Shown one piece after another: positions 52,914 through 64,000 of a stretch of 64,000 nucleotides of DNA. Both the position numbers and the translations under genes were made by a program. Source of the stretch: Leucoraja erinacea (Eukaryota); contig NC_073395.1 in NCBI RefSeq assembly GCF_028641065.1, forward strand, positions 32,054,001 to 32,118,000, written 5' to 3'. The notes beneath the pieces are model-generated. The model saw only the letters and a program-made list of their open reading frames with translations, was not told the origin of the DNA and did no database searches. How positions within the stretch are numbered: the stretch's first letter is position 1; each line of letters begins with the position of its first letter.

Positions 52914-54224
52914 AGATTATAAGTGTTAACTCATTACAAAGATGAAGTAAAGGTGCTGAGAAAGGCAAAGGGAAGTAAGCGCCTATGTGGTCTGAGTAGA
53001 TTTATTTTGATCAAACTGGCTATTTATTTTAAGTGTCTGCAGTGTTTGTAGCATCACTCCAACTGAGGGGAATATGATTTCTCAAAAACAATCCCTTAGG
53101 ATGTTTTCTGTTTTGTTGTCCCATTTGTCAAAAATCAAATGAATTCCCTCAGGTAACTTGAAACTACAGCAGGCCCCATTTAACCACGGTACATCACGTT
53201 TGACATCCTCACATCAAACAGCATTTCATTTATAACAATTGTGAGAACTATCCTTAAACTGCCCTTAAATATTGTCTATTTCATTGTTTCCTGATTTCAT
53301 ATTATTACTGCATTTTTTATGTATATAACACAATGAAAGCTTTCTGAAACAGGGTATGTTCATTATATCATCTGAAATTATATATGAAGTATTTCTATTA
53401 ATGATTTTCAGAATTGTCCCTTCAAACAAAAGGGGATAATGAAAAAGTTAATTAGCATTAACTCCCTATTTTTTTTAACGATTCTTGTATTTTTAAAATC
53501 TTCTGTAAAGTTAAAAAAATAGGTTTATGAAACTTTCAGCATAACAATACCTTGTTTTTATTTGTCCATAACATTTTTCATTTCTGACTGAATAACCAAA
53601 ATGATATTTGCAAACAAGCCCCGCCGCTCTTATCCAGCTTTTTCGCCCTTTCTGCAATCATTCTGAAGAAAAGTCCTGACCCAAATGGTCACCTATTAAT
53701 TTAATCCCACAAATGCTGCCTAACATGGAGTTAGTCCAAAACTTTGTGTTTTGCTCACGATTCCAGCTTCTGCATCTCACTGGCATATGCAGTGTTGCTT
53801 TCAATGACCTACTTTACTCATGTGTGGTCCAGGAATGAAAAACAACTCTTCCTAAACTTTGTTGCAATTTGAAAACAAAGGATTTACAATAGTCTATACA
53901 TGTGTCCTTGAGGTCATGATTGCAATAAGGTTTGAATTCTTTGTGTGTGATAAAATAAGTGACTAGTTTTCAGAGATTCCTACTTTTATAGCCTTCAACT
54001 TTGGAAATGTAATGAACTAGGATATTTTTTCCTTCAGAAGTCATATTTTAGTATTGATAATGTATTGATAGCAAATTAATAAAATAATAAATTGTATTTA
54101 ATAGTTTATCATTTTTCTCCAGCGAATCCCCTAAAAATAGTATTGCTTACTGATTATTAACAATGAATGCTTGCATTGCACAATGACTTAAGCTGTGAGG
54201 AGTGCATTTTGATTTGTTCACCAG

Positions 54225-54335
54225 ATAAGTGACCTACTATGGAAGTTAATAGTGTATGACATTCGGTTCACCTGGGAACGGTCAAGTCAACTGCTGCTCA
54301 ATAATGAGAAACTGGTCTGCGCCATTTGTTTCAAG
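54225..54335 (+). CDS. Tandem CH-domain protein, coding exon 3
   Basis: ccag acceptor; ISDLLWKLIVYDIRFTWERSSQLLLNNEKLVCAICFK, where LLWKLI resembles the final CH helix (ILGLIWxLI); AAG/GTAGG donor. Confidence 0.85.
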
Positions 54336-54813
54336 GTAGGAGGGAGAATATTGAAGCACTACAAGTGCTTACGGCTGTTTATTCCTTATATTATTACCAC
54401 ATGAAAAGGAAATAATCCCTTTACATTTCAAATCTCAAATCATTATATTAATTTCTGTTGAATTTTAAAATTGGGTGAAATGAGACCAGATTTTGACAGA
54501 TGCTTTAGATTTGTAACTTCTTTGGGATATAATGTTGTAGTATTTATGTCTTATCATTTTCTTCTTGATGGAAACATTGCCTTTGCTTTTAAATTTCTCT
54601 GCTCGAATGAAGTGCCCATCAATATTAAAATATCAGACTTACAAATTGTACCAAATCATTTGTGGAACCAATATATTAAAAATGTAATGTTTAGATATTT
54701 CTTATAAGAAAATAAATATACAAATAATTTGAAACAAGTTGCTGAAGATATACCATTGACTTTTATGGTAAATGTAGAATAATATAAGGAAGATTTGTTA
54801 TTTTTTGATTCAG

Positions 54814-54967
54814 TGGACACTACAGGTTAAATCATCAGTGCAAAAGCAAGCAAAAGCTCCTCCATCATTTTTTGCTGGTCTTGCGTTCCCATTAGATGAA
54901 ACAAATGGATCTTCTGTCTCTACCCAGATTGAATCGTATTATTTGCAAAATTCGGAACCATTTCCAG
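54814..54967 (+). CDS. Tandem CH-domain protein, coding exon 4 (linker)
   Basis: ttcag acceptor, phase 0; WTLQVKSSVQKQAKAPPSFFAGLAFPLDETNGSSVSTQIESYYLQNSEPFP; CAG/GTAAT donor, phase 1. Confidence 0.8.
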
Positions 54968-57733
54968 GTAATAACAATATTATTCCATTTTAAGCATTTC
55001 TTCATTTTTCTTCATTCATTGATAAATTAGAAATCGTCAGGAATTAAAATATTAGAATTAATAATACTTTTAGTGACAGAAGGAAAGTTTACTTGAATTG
55101 TAATGATCATTGGCTGGCATAGTTTATTTAGATCTTTTGAGGATTCTATTTCTATTTCCAACTGAAAATTAACCTGCCTTTCAGACCTTTTATAAAAAGG
55201 ATTAATTAAAATGTGTCATCGCTTAGGAATTTATACATGGTATGAAAGACAAAGATAAAAGAACACCCAAAGTAGGGTCAATTCTTTATTAGAATTATTA
55301 GGAGAAAGAGGATACAATTTGGTTTTATGGTGCAGAGTGGGTGGGGAGCGTAAGGGGTATGTTGGTTACAGTGAGGCCAGGCTTGTCTTGGGAATGTAAA
55401 CATCCCATTGATGAGTGTGACCTGTGGTTCTAAACTCGCTAGCTGTTGGGAACATCCTCCTGAATAGTCCAGATGAAAGGATTAAATTAGATGGAGAAAA
55501 GATGTTGAATATGAAACATTCTCAGTTTTTCTCTCTACAAATGTAATCTGACTTGCTGAGTGTATCCAACATTTCCTCTTTTTAATTCTGATTTTCCATT
55601 TCCACAATATGTTACTTATACCCTTTTGTTCCCATTTAGAAAGCTTGTTTCACATTTAAAGATCCCTAATACAGGTATAAATGTTAATTTAACAAACATT
55701 ATCTGCATTGCAATAGTTGCATAGTATGCTGAAACATCAATGCACTGAACAATTTTTAGAACATTTGCAATTAACATACATTTTTCAGTGTTCTCCTTGT
55801 GAACTTATTGTCCATTGTATGTGAAATTTAGTGATAAACACTTTTAAATGTCATCCATGCCATCATTCAAATAGTATCGAGCTGCCAACAAGAACATTGC
55901 CCCGCACATTAGCTTGAGAAAATATTTTTTAAACGTTATCGGTCAAAAAAGTGCATGCAGATACAAAATACCTTTATATTGATAACAGAGTGCTGTTTAT
56001 CTTCAATCCAAATGTGTTTTATTTTAATGCTTGAAATTACATAGATTTGCAAATACTTGTTGAGACTGTTTTGATTAGATTAATCTGGGTCCCCGTATAA
56101 TTTATTAATGAATAAAAGTTCAGCCTAGCAGCTTCCACAAATAAGTATCTCTTTACCTGCAGTATTTTTCAGATACTTCAACATAACAGATGTGAGCATT
56201 CGCACAAAAAAGATGAATAATTCTTTGTGCTACTGATCTCCACTAATGTACCATAGAGGAAAATAAATATGAGTACAGTGTTGTAAAGTGTAAAAATGTT
56301 TGTTTTGAATGGATTTTTTGTTATTCATTAATGAAATGTGTTTGTCACTGGCAATACCAGCATTTATGTTCCATCCGCAAATGACCCTAGAATGAGAAGA
56401 CAGTTGAGAATTAATCATACTATTTGATTGGGAGGTATACAGTATATGAGCCAGACTGTGCAGGGACTGCAGATTACATTCCCTGAAGTACATTAGTGAA
56501 CGAGACAACAATTTTAATTTGTTTTTATTCTTACTGCCGAAGAGAATTGAACTTTATGTTAATTATTGCAGTGTGGCTGTTGATGGGGTTCTAGAGAATG
56601 TGTCAACTTATATGCACGTATCAGTTTAGTTCTCAAAGGCACATTCCACTCCGACTAGTTTGACTGTCCTCCTGATCAAATTTTATCTCTGTATGTCTTG
56701 TTGTCACCCTTTCCAAGCTAACAATGATTTATTCTACATTTACCTTGATCTTTGTCCCCTTTGATCAGCTTACCCTTATCCTGAGAGTCAGATGTCTCCT
56801 TCTACCCTGACTGCCAGCCTGAAGAAGTGTCTCGATCCGAAATGTCACCCACGCCCATCTAACCAGAGATGCTGCCTGTCCCACTGAGTTACTCCAGCAT
56901 TTTGTGTCTATCTTCAGTGTAAACCAGCATCTGCAGGTCTTTCCTACACACTTCCACTCTGATCCATCTGTCCTCACTTTTGCAGTGAACCTCAACTAAG
57001 CTCAAAAAACAGTGTTTTATCTTTTGACCAAGTCCCTTATAAACTTCCAAGCTCAACAATGTTTTTAACAATTTCAGATAATGAATTTTTCCATCAATTT
57101 CAGTTTTCATTTAACACTACTTTCCTTTTGCAGTTTCAGGTAATGATGCTACTTCTCCCATTTACTCTTTCTCCAGCCCAATCTTTTGCTTTTCTTTAAC
57201 ATGTCCCATTGCACTACTCATTTAATCTCTCCTGCTTTTCATCTTATCTCAGATCTTTCTTTTTATTCTCACCTCCTCTACCCAACTTCTGCTTTTCTCG
57301 GATCTGTTTAACTTTGAGCCATATTGTACGGAAACAGGCCCTTCAGCCCAACTCATACATGCCGGCCAAGATACCCCATTATACTAGTCCCATTTGCCAA
57401 TGTTTGGTCCAGATCCCTCTAAACATTTCCTAGCCATATACCTATCCAAATATCTTTTAAATGCTATTATACTTACCTCAACTACCTCCTCCGACACTTG
57501 TTTCCGATCTTGACCTGAAATATTAATTATGTTTCTTTCTCTATTGATAGTGCACAACCAGCTGTGCATTTATACAATTTCTATTGTTGTTTTGCATGAT
57601 CCTTTTGAAGCAGTGATTTCTGCCATCTAACAAAAATGTCTATGAATTTCCTTTCTCTTAAAAAAGTATGAATTACTGTTTTATATCAATTTACATTAAT
57701 TGTATAATTAAATTAACAATTCATGTGTCTAAG

Positions 57734-57840
57734 GTCATGAGCTAGCTAAAGCCTTTAACAAGAAAATTCCTAAAGAGGGCTGGAATAACTATCCTTCTGC
57801 CGTTGAATGCATTCTGGATCTCGTTAATACCCATTTGCAG
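57734..57840 (+). CDS. Tandem CH-domain protein, coding exon 5
   Basis: taag acceptor, phase 1; GHELAKAFNKKIPKEGWNNYPSAVECILDLVNTHLQ; CAG/GTACT donor, phase 0. Confidence 0.8.
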
Positions 57841-58483
57841 GTACTTCTTTATTCAACACAGTGATGTATTTTCATATGGTGATGAATGCAATGTGAGATA
57901 TAATGCTGCATTGAATGGATACTTATAACTACAATGCTAAATGAATGAGATTGTTTGAACATGCTGTCCAATTTGATTAAAAAGGAAGTTGAACCCAACT
58001 GGATGTTAACCAGTCATCGGAATTCTCTTTCAATAGTTCTTGGTAGTACTAGTTGATCCAAAACATTTTAACTGATCCACAAGTTAACGTTTATGTAGTT
58101 GGTTGGCTTGTTGCTTTTTTTTAGTGTAGCTGTAAGGTAATCGAGTTTCACAGTACCTTAATTGGTACAGGTGACAATAAACAGACCTTTGAACCTGTGA
58201 ACAAAGGCACTTAATGGTATAGAGTTATTATTCATCAATTTAAGCTCCATTGTAAAACAGCGGAAAGCAACATTGATTTTTATTTTTCTGGAACCAAGGA
58301 CCGTCCCAATTTGTTGTCCTCAGCTCGTCATCCATGATGATACTCATTTGTGCAAGAGGTTAATTGCCACCACAAGACTCTGGTTGCATTTTCTTTCTGT
58401 AATTAATTCGGTGACTTGTAGCAGCCACTTGAACAATATCTGCACAAAGAATATTGATATCCACTCTTCTATCCATAATGTAG

Positions 58484-58611
58484 ATAGCAGCCAAAGGCCG
58501 TAAACTGTATGTAAAAGATATAGGTGACTTGGCAGATAGTCATGTCTGGTGCTATTTGGTGAACTCCTTCATGCCTGGCACGTTCATCGTGGAGGTACTT
58601 CCGTACGATAG
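58484..58611 (+). CDS. Tandem CH-domain protein, coding exon 6
   Basis: tgtag acceptor; IAAKGRKLYVKDIGDLADSHVWCYLVNSFMPGTFIVEVLPYD resembles the CH core (VxxFxxxxxDGxxxCxLxxxxxP); AG/GTATG donor, phase 2. Confidence 0.82.
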
Positions 58612-58700
58612 GTATGACTCTTTTTAACCATAATTTACAGCTTGGTTTATTACTTCTCTGTGTCCATAATTTAATGCCACAGATTGGATTAATTTTGTAG

Positions 58701-58782
58701 GTGGACAACGAATCTAGCTTTAAAAACAATGGAAGCAATTGTTTGCATATCAACTTCATTAACTTCACAAGATCTTCTTGAG
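58701..58782 (+). CDS. Tandem CH-domain protein, coding exon 7
   Basis: ttttgtag acceptor after an 89-nt intron, phase 2; RWTTNLALKTMEAIVCISTSLTSQDLLE; GAG/GTAAT donor. Confidence 0.82.
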
Positions 58783-58875
58783 GTAATAATATAAAAATTG
58801 TAATAGGATTTTATTTTGGTTTTATCATAATTGATGCATTTTCTAATCAACTTTTCATCATCTTTCTTTTTAAAG

Positions 58876-58965
58876 GCAGATCCGAAGGCTCTCTGTGCCT
58901 ATTTGTGTGTTATCTTTATGTGTGGTTACAAGTTCAGGCAATCCATAGCAGTTGTAAACTACATT
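58876..58965 (+). CDS. Tandem CH-domain protein, coding exon 8
   Basis: Polypyrimidine tract + aag acceptor; ADPKALCAYLCVIFMCGYKFRQSIAVVNYI resembles a CH2 end (PDxKxxxxYL); GTGAGT donor, phase 0. Confidence 0.85.
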
Positions 58966-60531
58966 GTGAGTGGAATTATTCAAATTATTGCACAGTGTGT
59001 CTAATTGAAGAGCTATTTAGAATGTTTTTCTTTTTCTTTCATTTTCTTTCTAATTATTTTATTCCCAGTCTCCTTATTCTGAGTCTCAACATCTACTCAT
59101 AACAAAAGCATTCCAAGCCCTGAAGACCTGTTGTATGCAGACTATCTCTTCTAAATTTCTCTAAACCCACCATTTATAATGTTCATCCTGACCTTTGTAA
59201 ACATTGGAAGCCTTCTTTACCAATCTGTCCAACCAATACTTTAAAAAAAGTTTTGTTGAGTCATTCTTAGCTTTGTTTCATTTTGAGCTTTTCCTCATAA
59301 TAGTAAACTCCAAATTATAGTATTTAAATCCATTTTCACTGTACCCCTTGCATGGGCCTAATCCTTAGAATATTAAGGTGCAATTACTTGCATCTTGATA
59401 GTTGCATAAATGCAAAGTTTTATTCTTAATTTATATTCAATGTATTTATAGGATCCTTTTGAAATATTTATGATTATTTCAGTATGTAGTGCTCATCTAA
59501 ATATCACTGCACCCACGTCCCAAATTAATTTTCTGCTTAGTACAAAGCTCAAGTAATTTGAAGAAATGAGCTAAGCAAATTCACACGGAATGACCTGTTA
59601 AGATATCCTGGGAGACGAGGGAAGTGTGGGGAGGCAAGAACAAGGAAGTTTTCTTCAAAACCTGCACTGGTCCTTCGAACTTTTAAGGATGCAGCAGGAG
59701 CAATTAAGATGTGGCCATTTTCCAGAAGCCTCTTTAAGTTTGGTTAACCAATTTGGTTGCCCTGAGTCATTGGTACTCATAGGACAGTGGCTCCTATAAC
59801 TGCTGACGGATCCTGATTAGCATTATAACACAGTGCTGATTGTGGTTCCTTCACTTAAAGGCACATACATCAAATATGTTTTCTCATTTTAAGCCACCTT
59901 CGTAATTTTTTTCTAATTTTTGGTTGATCATTTATTTTAAAAACAAAATAGACGATATGAACTGCTCCAATAATGACTATTTGGGGAAACTTACCTGAAT
60001 CTCCTGTCATTGCTTCCTGATTAATTTTACTGAATGTATGTCTCGTTGTCACCTTCCTCTCAGCCAACAATGAACTACACTTCCTTGAGCATCGTCTGCT
60101 TTGATCTGTCGTTTTCACACCTTACCCTTCCATATCTCTAGTCTCCCCTGACTCTTGGTCTGAAGAATGGTCTCGACCCAAAACGTCACCGATTTCTTCT
60201 CTCCAGAGATGCTGCCTGTCCCGCTGAGTTACTCCAGCATTTTTGAGGCATTTGAGTGTTTGACAGCACTGGGCCTCTACTCACTGGAGTTTAGAAGGAT
60301 GAGGGGGTACCTCATTGAAACTTACCATATATTAAAATACCTGGATAGAGTGGATGTGGAGAGGATGTTTCCACTAGTGGGAGAGCTCATAGCCTCAGAA
60401 TTAAAGGATGTTCCTTTAAGGAAGAGGGAGAAATTATTTAAGAAAGAACTGTAGATGCTGGAAAATTCGACGGTAGACATAAAAGCTGGAGAAATTCTGC
60501 AGGTGAGGCAGCATCTATGGAGCGAAGGAAT

Positions 60532-60566
60532 GGGTGACGTTTCGGGTCGAGACCCTTCTTCAGGCT
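60532..60566 (-). ncRNA. Minimal hammerhead ribozyme motif in a Penelope-type terminal repeat (best-preserved copy)
   Basis: Minus strand reads AGC-CUGAAGA-A-GGGU(CUCG)ACCC-GAAAC-GUC-ACCC: core boxes, stem II and a GUC triplet. Helix I is very short. Confidence 0.6.
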
Positions 60567-60769
60567 GAATTCTTGTTCATTTTTGACAAGTACCATGAAT
60601 AAATTTTAGCCTTAGGCTGGGCTGCGAACACTGACAGATGCATAGGTTTCCCAATGCACAGAGGCGTATGCTTACTTGCTAGATGGAAACTTTTAACTTC
60701 CTTTTTACAGAGGTAAATGTTCTTTTAATTAAGTTAATAGGATAATGATAAACTTGGGTGTGAACACCA

Positions 60770-61710
60770 GGTGGTGTAGGAACAAAATGTTTCTGGTAGA
60801 TGCTGGTTTACAAAGAAAGATAAAAACTGCTGGAGTAATTTGGTGGTTCAGGCAGCATCTTTGGAAAACTTGGATAGGTGACATTTCGGGTTGGGACCCT
60901 TCTTCAGACAGATTGTGTGGGAGGGGGACAGAAAGCCAGAAGAGAGGAGGGGCAGGATGCAGTAGCTAACCTCATCTACTGTTTCTGGTCTTTCCGATGT
61001 GGCCTCCTAAACATTAGCAATTCCAATAGTAGACTTGGCGAGCACTTCACTGAACACATGTGCTCAGTCCTCCAAGGCCTGCTGGATTTCCATTTTAATT
61101 CCCATTCCCATTCCCACACTGACCTTTCAGTCCTAAGCCTTCTCCATTGCCAGAGTGAGGCCACACACAAACTAGTGCAACACCAACGTGTATTCTGCTT
61201 AGGTAGCTTACAGCCCAACAGTATAATCACTGAATTCTCCAAATTTAGGTAAGCACAAATCTCCCCACCTTCTTCCCTCAATCCACCCCTTTATTCCCCC
61301 CCCTCCCCCTCCCCTCCCGTCTGTCCAGTACCCCACCTGGGCTCTCATCTATTTCTTCCCTCCCTTTCCCTTCCACCTACATTCCTTCCTCCAGCTTCAT
61401 CATTCGCAACTCTTTAATACTTTTGTCTTCCACCTTCTGTCTTTTCATCTCTGACCTTTGTCCAACCTTCAGCCTATTCAACCCCCTCCCCCCCTCCCCT
61501 CAGCTGTATCCACCTACTACCTGTCAGGCATTGTCCTGCCCCTCCAGTCTTCTAGCTTTCTCCCCCCCCCCCCCCCCCCCCCTCTCCCTCACCACATTGA
61601 AAACCAGTCTGAAGAAGTGTTGCGACCTGAAATATGACCTATCCATGTTCTCTGAAGATGTTGCCAGACCTGACGAGTTGCACCAGCAATTTGTAACTTT
61701 CTTTGTCTTC
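60770..61710 (+). mobile_element. Penelope-like element with an inverted terminal repeat at the 5' end
   Basis: Minus-orientation repeat 60770-60960, then a GIY-YIG remnant (RLGEHFTEHMCSV..HFNSHSHSH..LQPNS), then a plus-orientation repeat at ~61605-61710. Confidence 0.78.
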
Positions 61711-61774
61711 TGGAATAGAGTGCGCTGTCATTGAACTGTCTGTGGAATCGTGTATCTTTTTTCATTTTTGTTAG

Positions 61775-61901
61775 AAAGAGTTGCAACTTTTAAAGAGCAA
61801 GTTAGATGCGCAACTGCAAACCTTCCCCCTGGAAGAACTGGAGCCACATCAATCTGCCCAAAAGAGTGACTTGGAAAAGAAGCTAGAAGTGTTCAAGAAT
61901 G
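61775..61901 (+). CDS. Tandem CH-domain protein, coding exon 9 (coiled coil; gene continues beyond the window)
   Basis: tttttgttag acceptor, phase 0; KELQLLKSKLDAQLQTFPLEELEPHQSAQKSDLEKKLEVFKN; G/GTAAT donor, phase 1. Confidence 0.8.
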
Positions 61902-64000
61902 GTAATTAAATTCATCATTTGTATTACGAGACAAACTGTATGTTGTTTGTATTGTGTATTGACATGTGTTGAGTGCTTTCTGCTATTTCCACAGATACTT
62001 TTACATCTCTGTCATGCGTCCCAAAGAGCTTTATTGCCAATGAAGTACTTTTGAATTATAGCCATTGTTATGATAAAAAAAATACATGGCAGTCAATTTG
62101 TGCGTAGTTAGCAATATGACAGCATAATGGCGAGCTCATCCGTTTTAATGCTATTGAGAGCAATAAATACTGGTATGGAATAACTTAACGGCTCTGCTAC
62201 AAAATAGTGCCAAGGGATACTTGACATGTATTTCTGTTCATTATTTGAATGATACTCTTAAATATTGTGCAGGATTATTTAAACTGTTTTGTACCAAACC
62301 GCACCAGCCCACTGTATGGAATTTACGATCTGTAAAATGGATCAAAACTTGTCTTTTATATGATGCATATTTTCACAAACACTTTCCTCAGCCACTTTTT
62401 CATGCAATGCCTTTCATCATAGCTAATTTTGAGTGCTAAGTTTTCACCGGGAATTTCCAGGATAACTTTGATGTTTGATCTGCAGGCACATCAGAGAAAG
62501 ACTATAAACAGCTACAGGCTGCTTCTTCAATCATTCTGCAAGTCTGTAGTCAAAGCTATTGTGGCTGATGGGAAAATAACCATAGGGATTCAACCCTGCT
62601 TTCTGTGAGCTTGGGCTTAGTGCCTCCAGATGGTTGGCCTCGGGTCTGTGGCTTCAGTGCACCTTCAATGCTGTACTGCACAAACATAATCCCCTTTATC
62701 CTGGGAAAATGATGTCTGTTCACGTTTTACTTCACTCCAATCAGCCCACATTAATTCTCTCCAGGACAGATCTTGGTGTAAGTCCTACTTTCAAATTTGA
62801 CCCGTTGCCTGCTATATCCCAGGACTTTTCATCAATCCCAAATATCATTTTCTGAATCCTCACCAATAATTCCAGAGCCAATAATTGTTTTTCTTCCTAC
62901 AACCATCCAACCCACTTTTAAAAATAGCCTGGATGCACTCGCCCACTTCACTAATAACCAGTAAATAGCCCAGGAATGCTGATCCCCAAACTTGAACATT
63001 TTCTCAGACCCACAGCAAAATTATTCTCATGCTCACAATTCCACCCCCCACCTTGTGTCATGCATTTAACAATAAAAATAGCAACTGCCTGTTATATAAC
63101 TTTAACACAGCACACAACCTTTCAAGGTGCTTCTCCACAATTTCACCTCCAGAAGTGACTCTCCATCATATTACAGTTTTCTAATTGCTATCCTTCTGTA
63201 ATTTAGCACCAGCCTCCATTTGCAACCACAAGCCAGCACTTTGTTCCACACTTAACTCCCACTGCAGCCCGATACTGTTTGCATTCCTCAGATTCAAGCA
63301 CATCCTTTATTTTATAGTGAAACCTAGAGAAATAAAAGCAGCAATGTCAGCCTTCCATGCCTGCTCCACTGTTTTATATGACCATGACTAATCCTCTGTC
63401 TGAACAGCATATTCCTTATTTTGCCACAGATCCCATTATGATGTACTAGTTTATTGTTACATGTCCCGAGGTACAGTGAAAAGCTTTAGTTGCATGCTAA
63501 CCAGTCAGCAGAAAGACAAACTGCAGGGGCTGGTTTAAACCAAAAATAGACACAAAAAGCTGGACAGGCAGCATCTCTGGAGAGATGGAATGGGGGCATT
63601 TTAGGTCGAGACCCTTCAAGGTCTCCAGGCTTTTGTGTCTATCAGAAAGACAAAGCCTGATTCCAATTGAGCCATTTCCAATGTATAGATACATGATAAG
63701 GGAATAACGTTTAGACCAAGATAAAGCCAGCAAATTAGGAATCGATCTCTAAAATGTTGAAGAAATGTATTTTTATTTCTGTCCTGAATGTTTACCACAT
63801 GCAGAGAGACTGTGACCCCTGGTTCCAGACGCCTCAGCCGGGGGAAACATCCTCATTCCCCCTGTCAGAATTTTATACATTTCAGTGGAACCACCTCTCA
63901 ATTTTCAAAACTCCAGTGACTGCAGACCCAGTCAAACTATTCTCTTCTCATTTGACAGTGTTTCCATCGCAGGAATCAGTCTAGTGAAGCTTTGTTGCAC

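Overview
Vertebrate genomic DNA, most likely a cartilaginous fish such as a skate or ray (inferred from the repeat complement: CR1, Rex1/Babar, L2, RTE, V-SINE/HE1-like SINEs and Penelope-like elements). I reconstructed three spliced genes by hand from splice signals and exon phase. (1) The first three exons of METTL25 lie on the minus strand and the gene runs off the left end. (2) A complete 4-exon CCDC59 (233 aa) lies head-to-head with METTL25 across a 417-bp gap between start codons. (3) An unrecognised plus-strand gene has at least 9 coding exons (46448-61901, 366 codons, open at the right end) and encodes two calponin-homology (CH)-like domains plus a coiled coil. A CpG-rich segment about 7 kb upstream with two RFX X-boxes is its candidate promoter, which would make it a candidate ciliary cytoskeletal gene. 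METTL25 introns contain phase-consistent plus-strand exon-like chains, some with stops, suggesting a decayed nested antisense gene. Mobile DNA includes a degenerate Gypsy element with a tRNA-Trp primer-binding site, a solo LTR with a target-site duplication, non-autonomous Helitron-like elements and several nested insertions. About 15 or more Penelope-derived repeats carry a minimal hammerhead-ribozyme motif.
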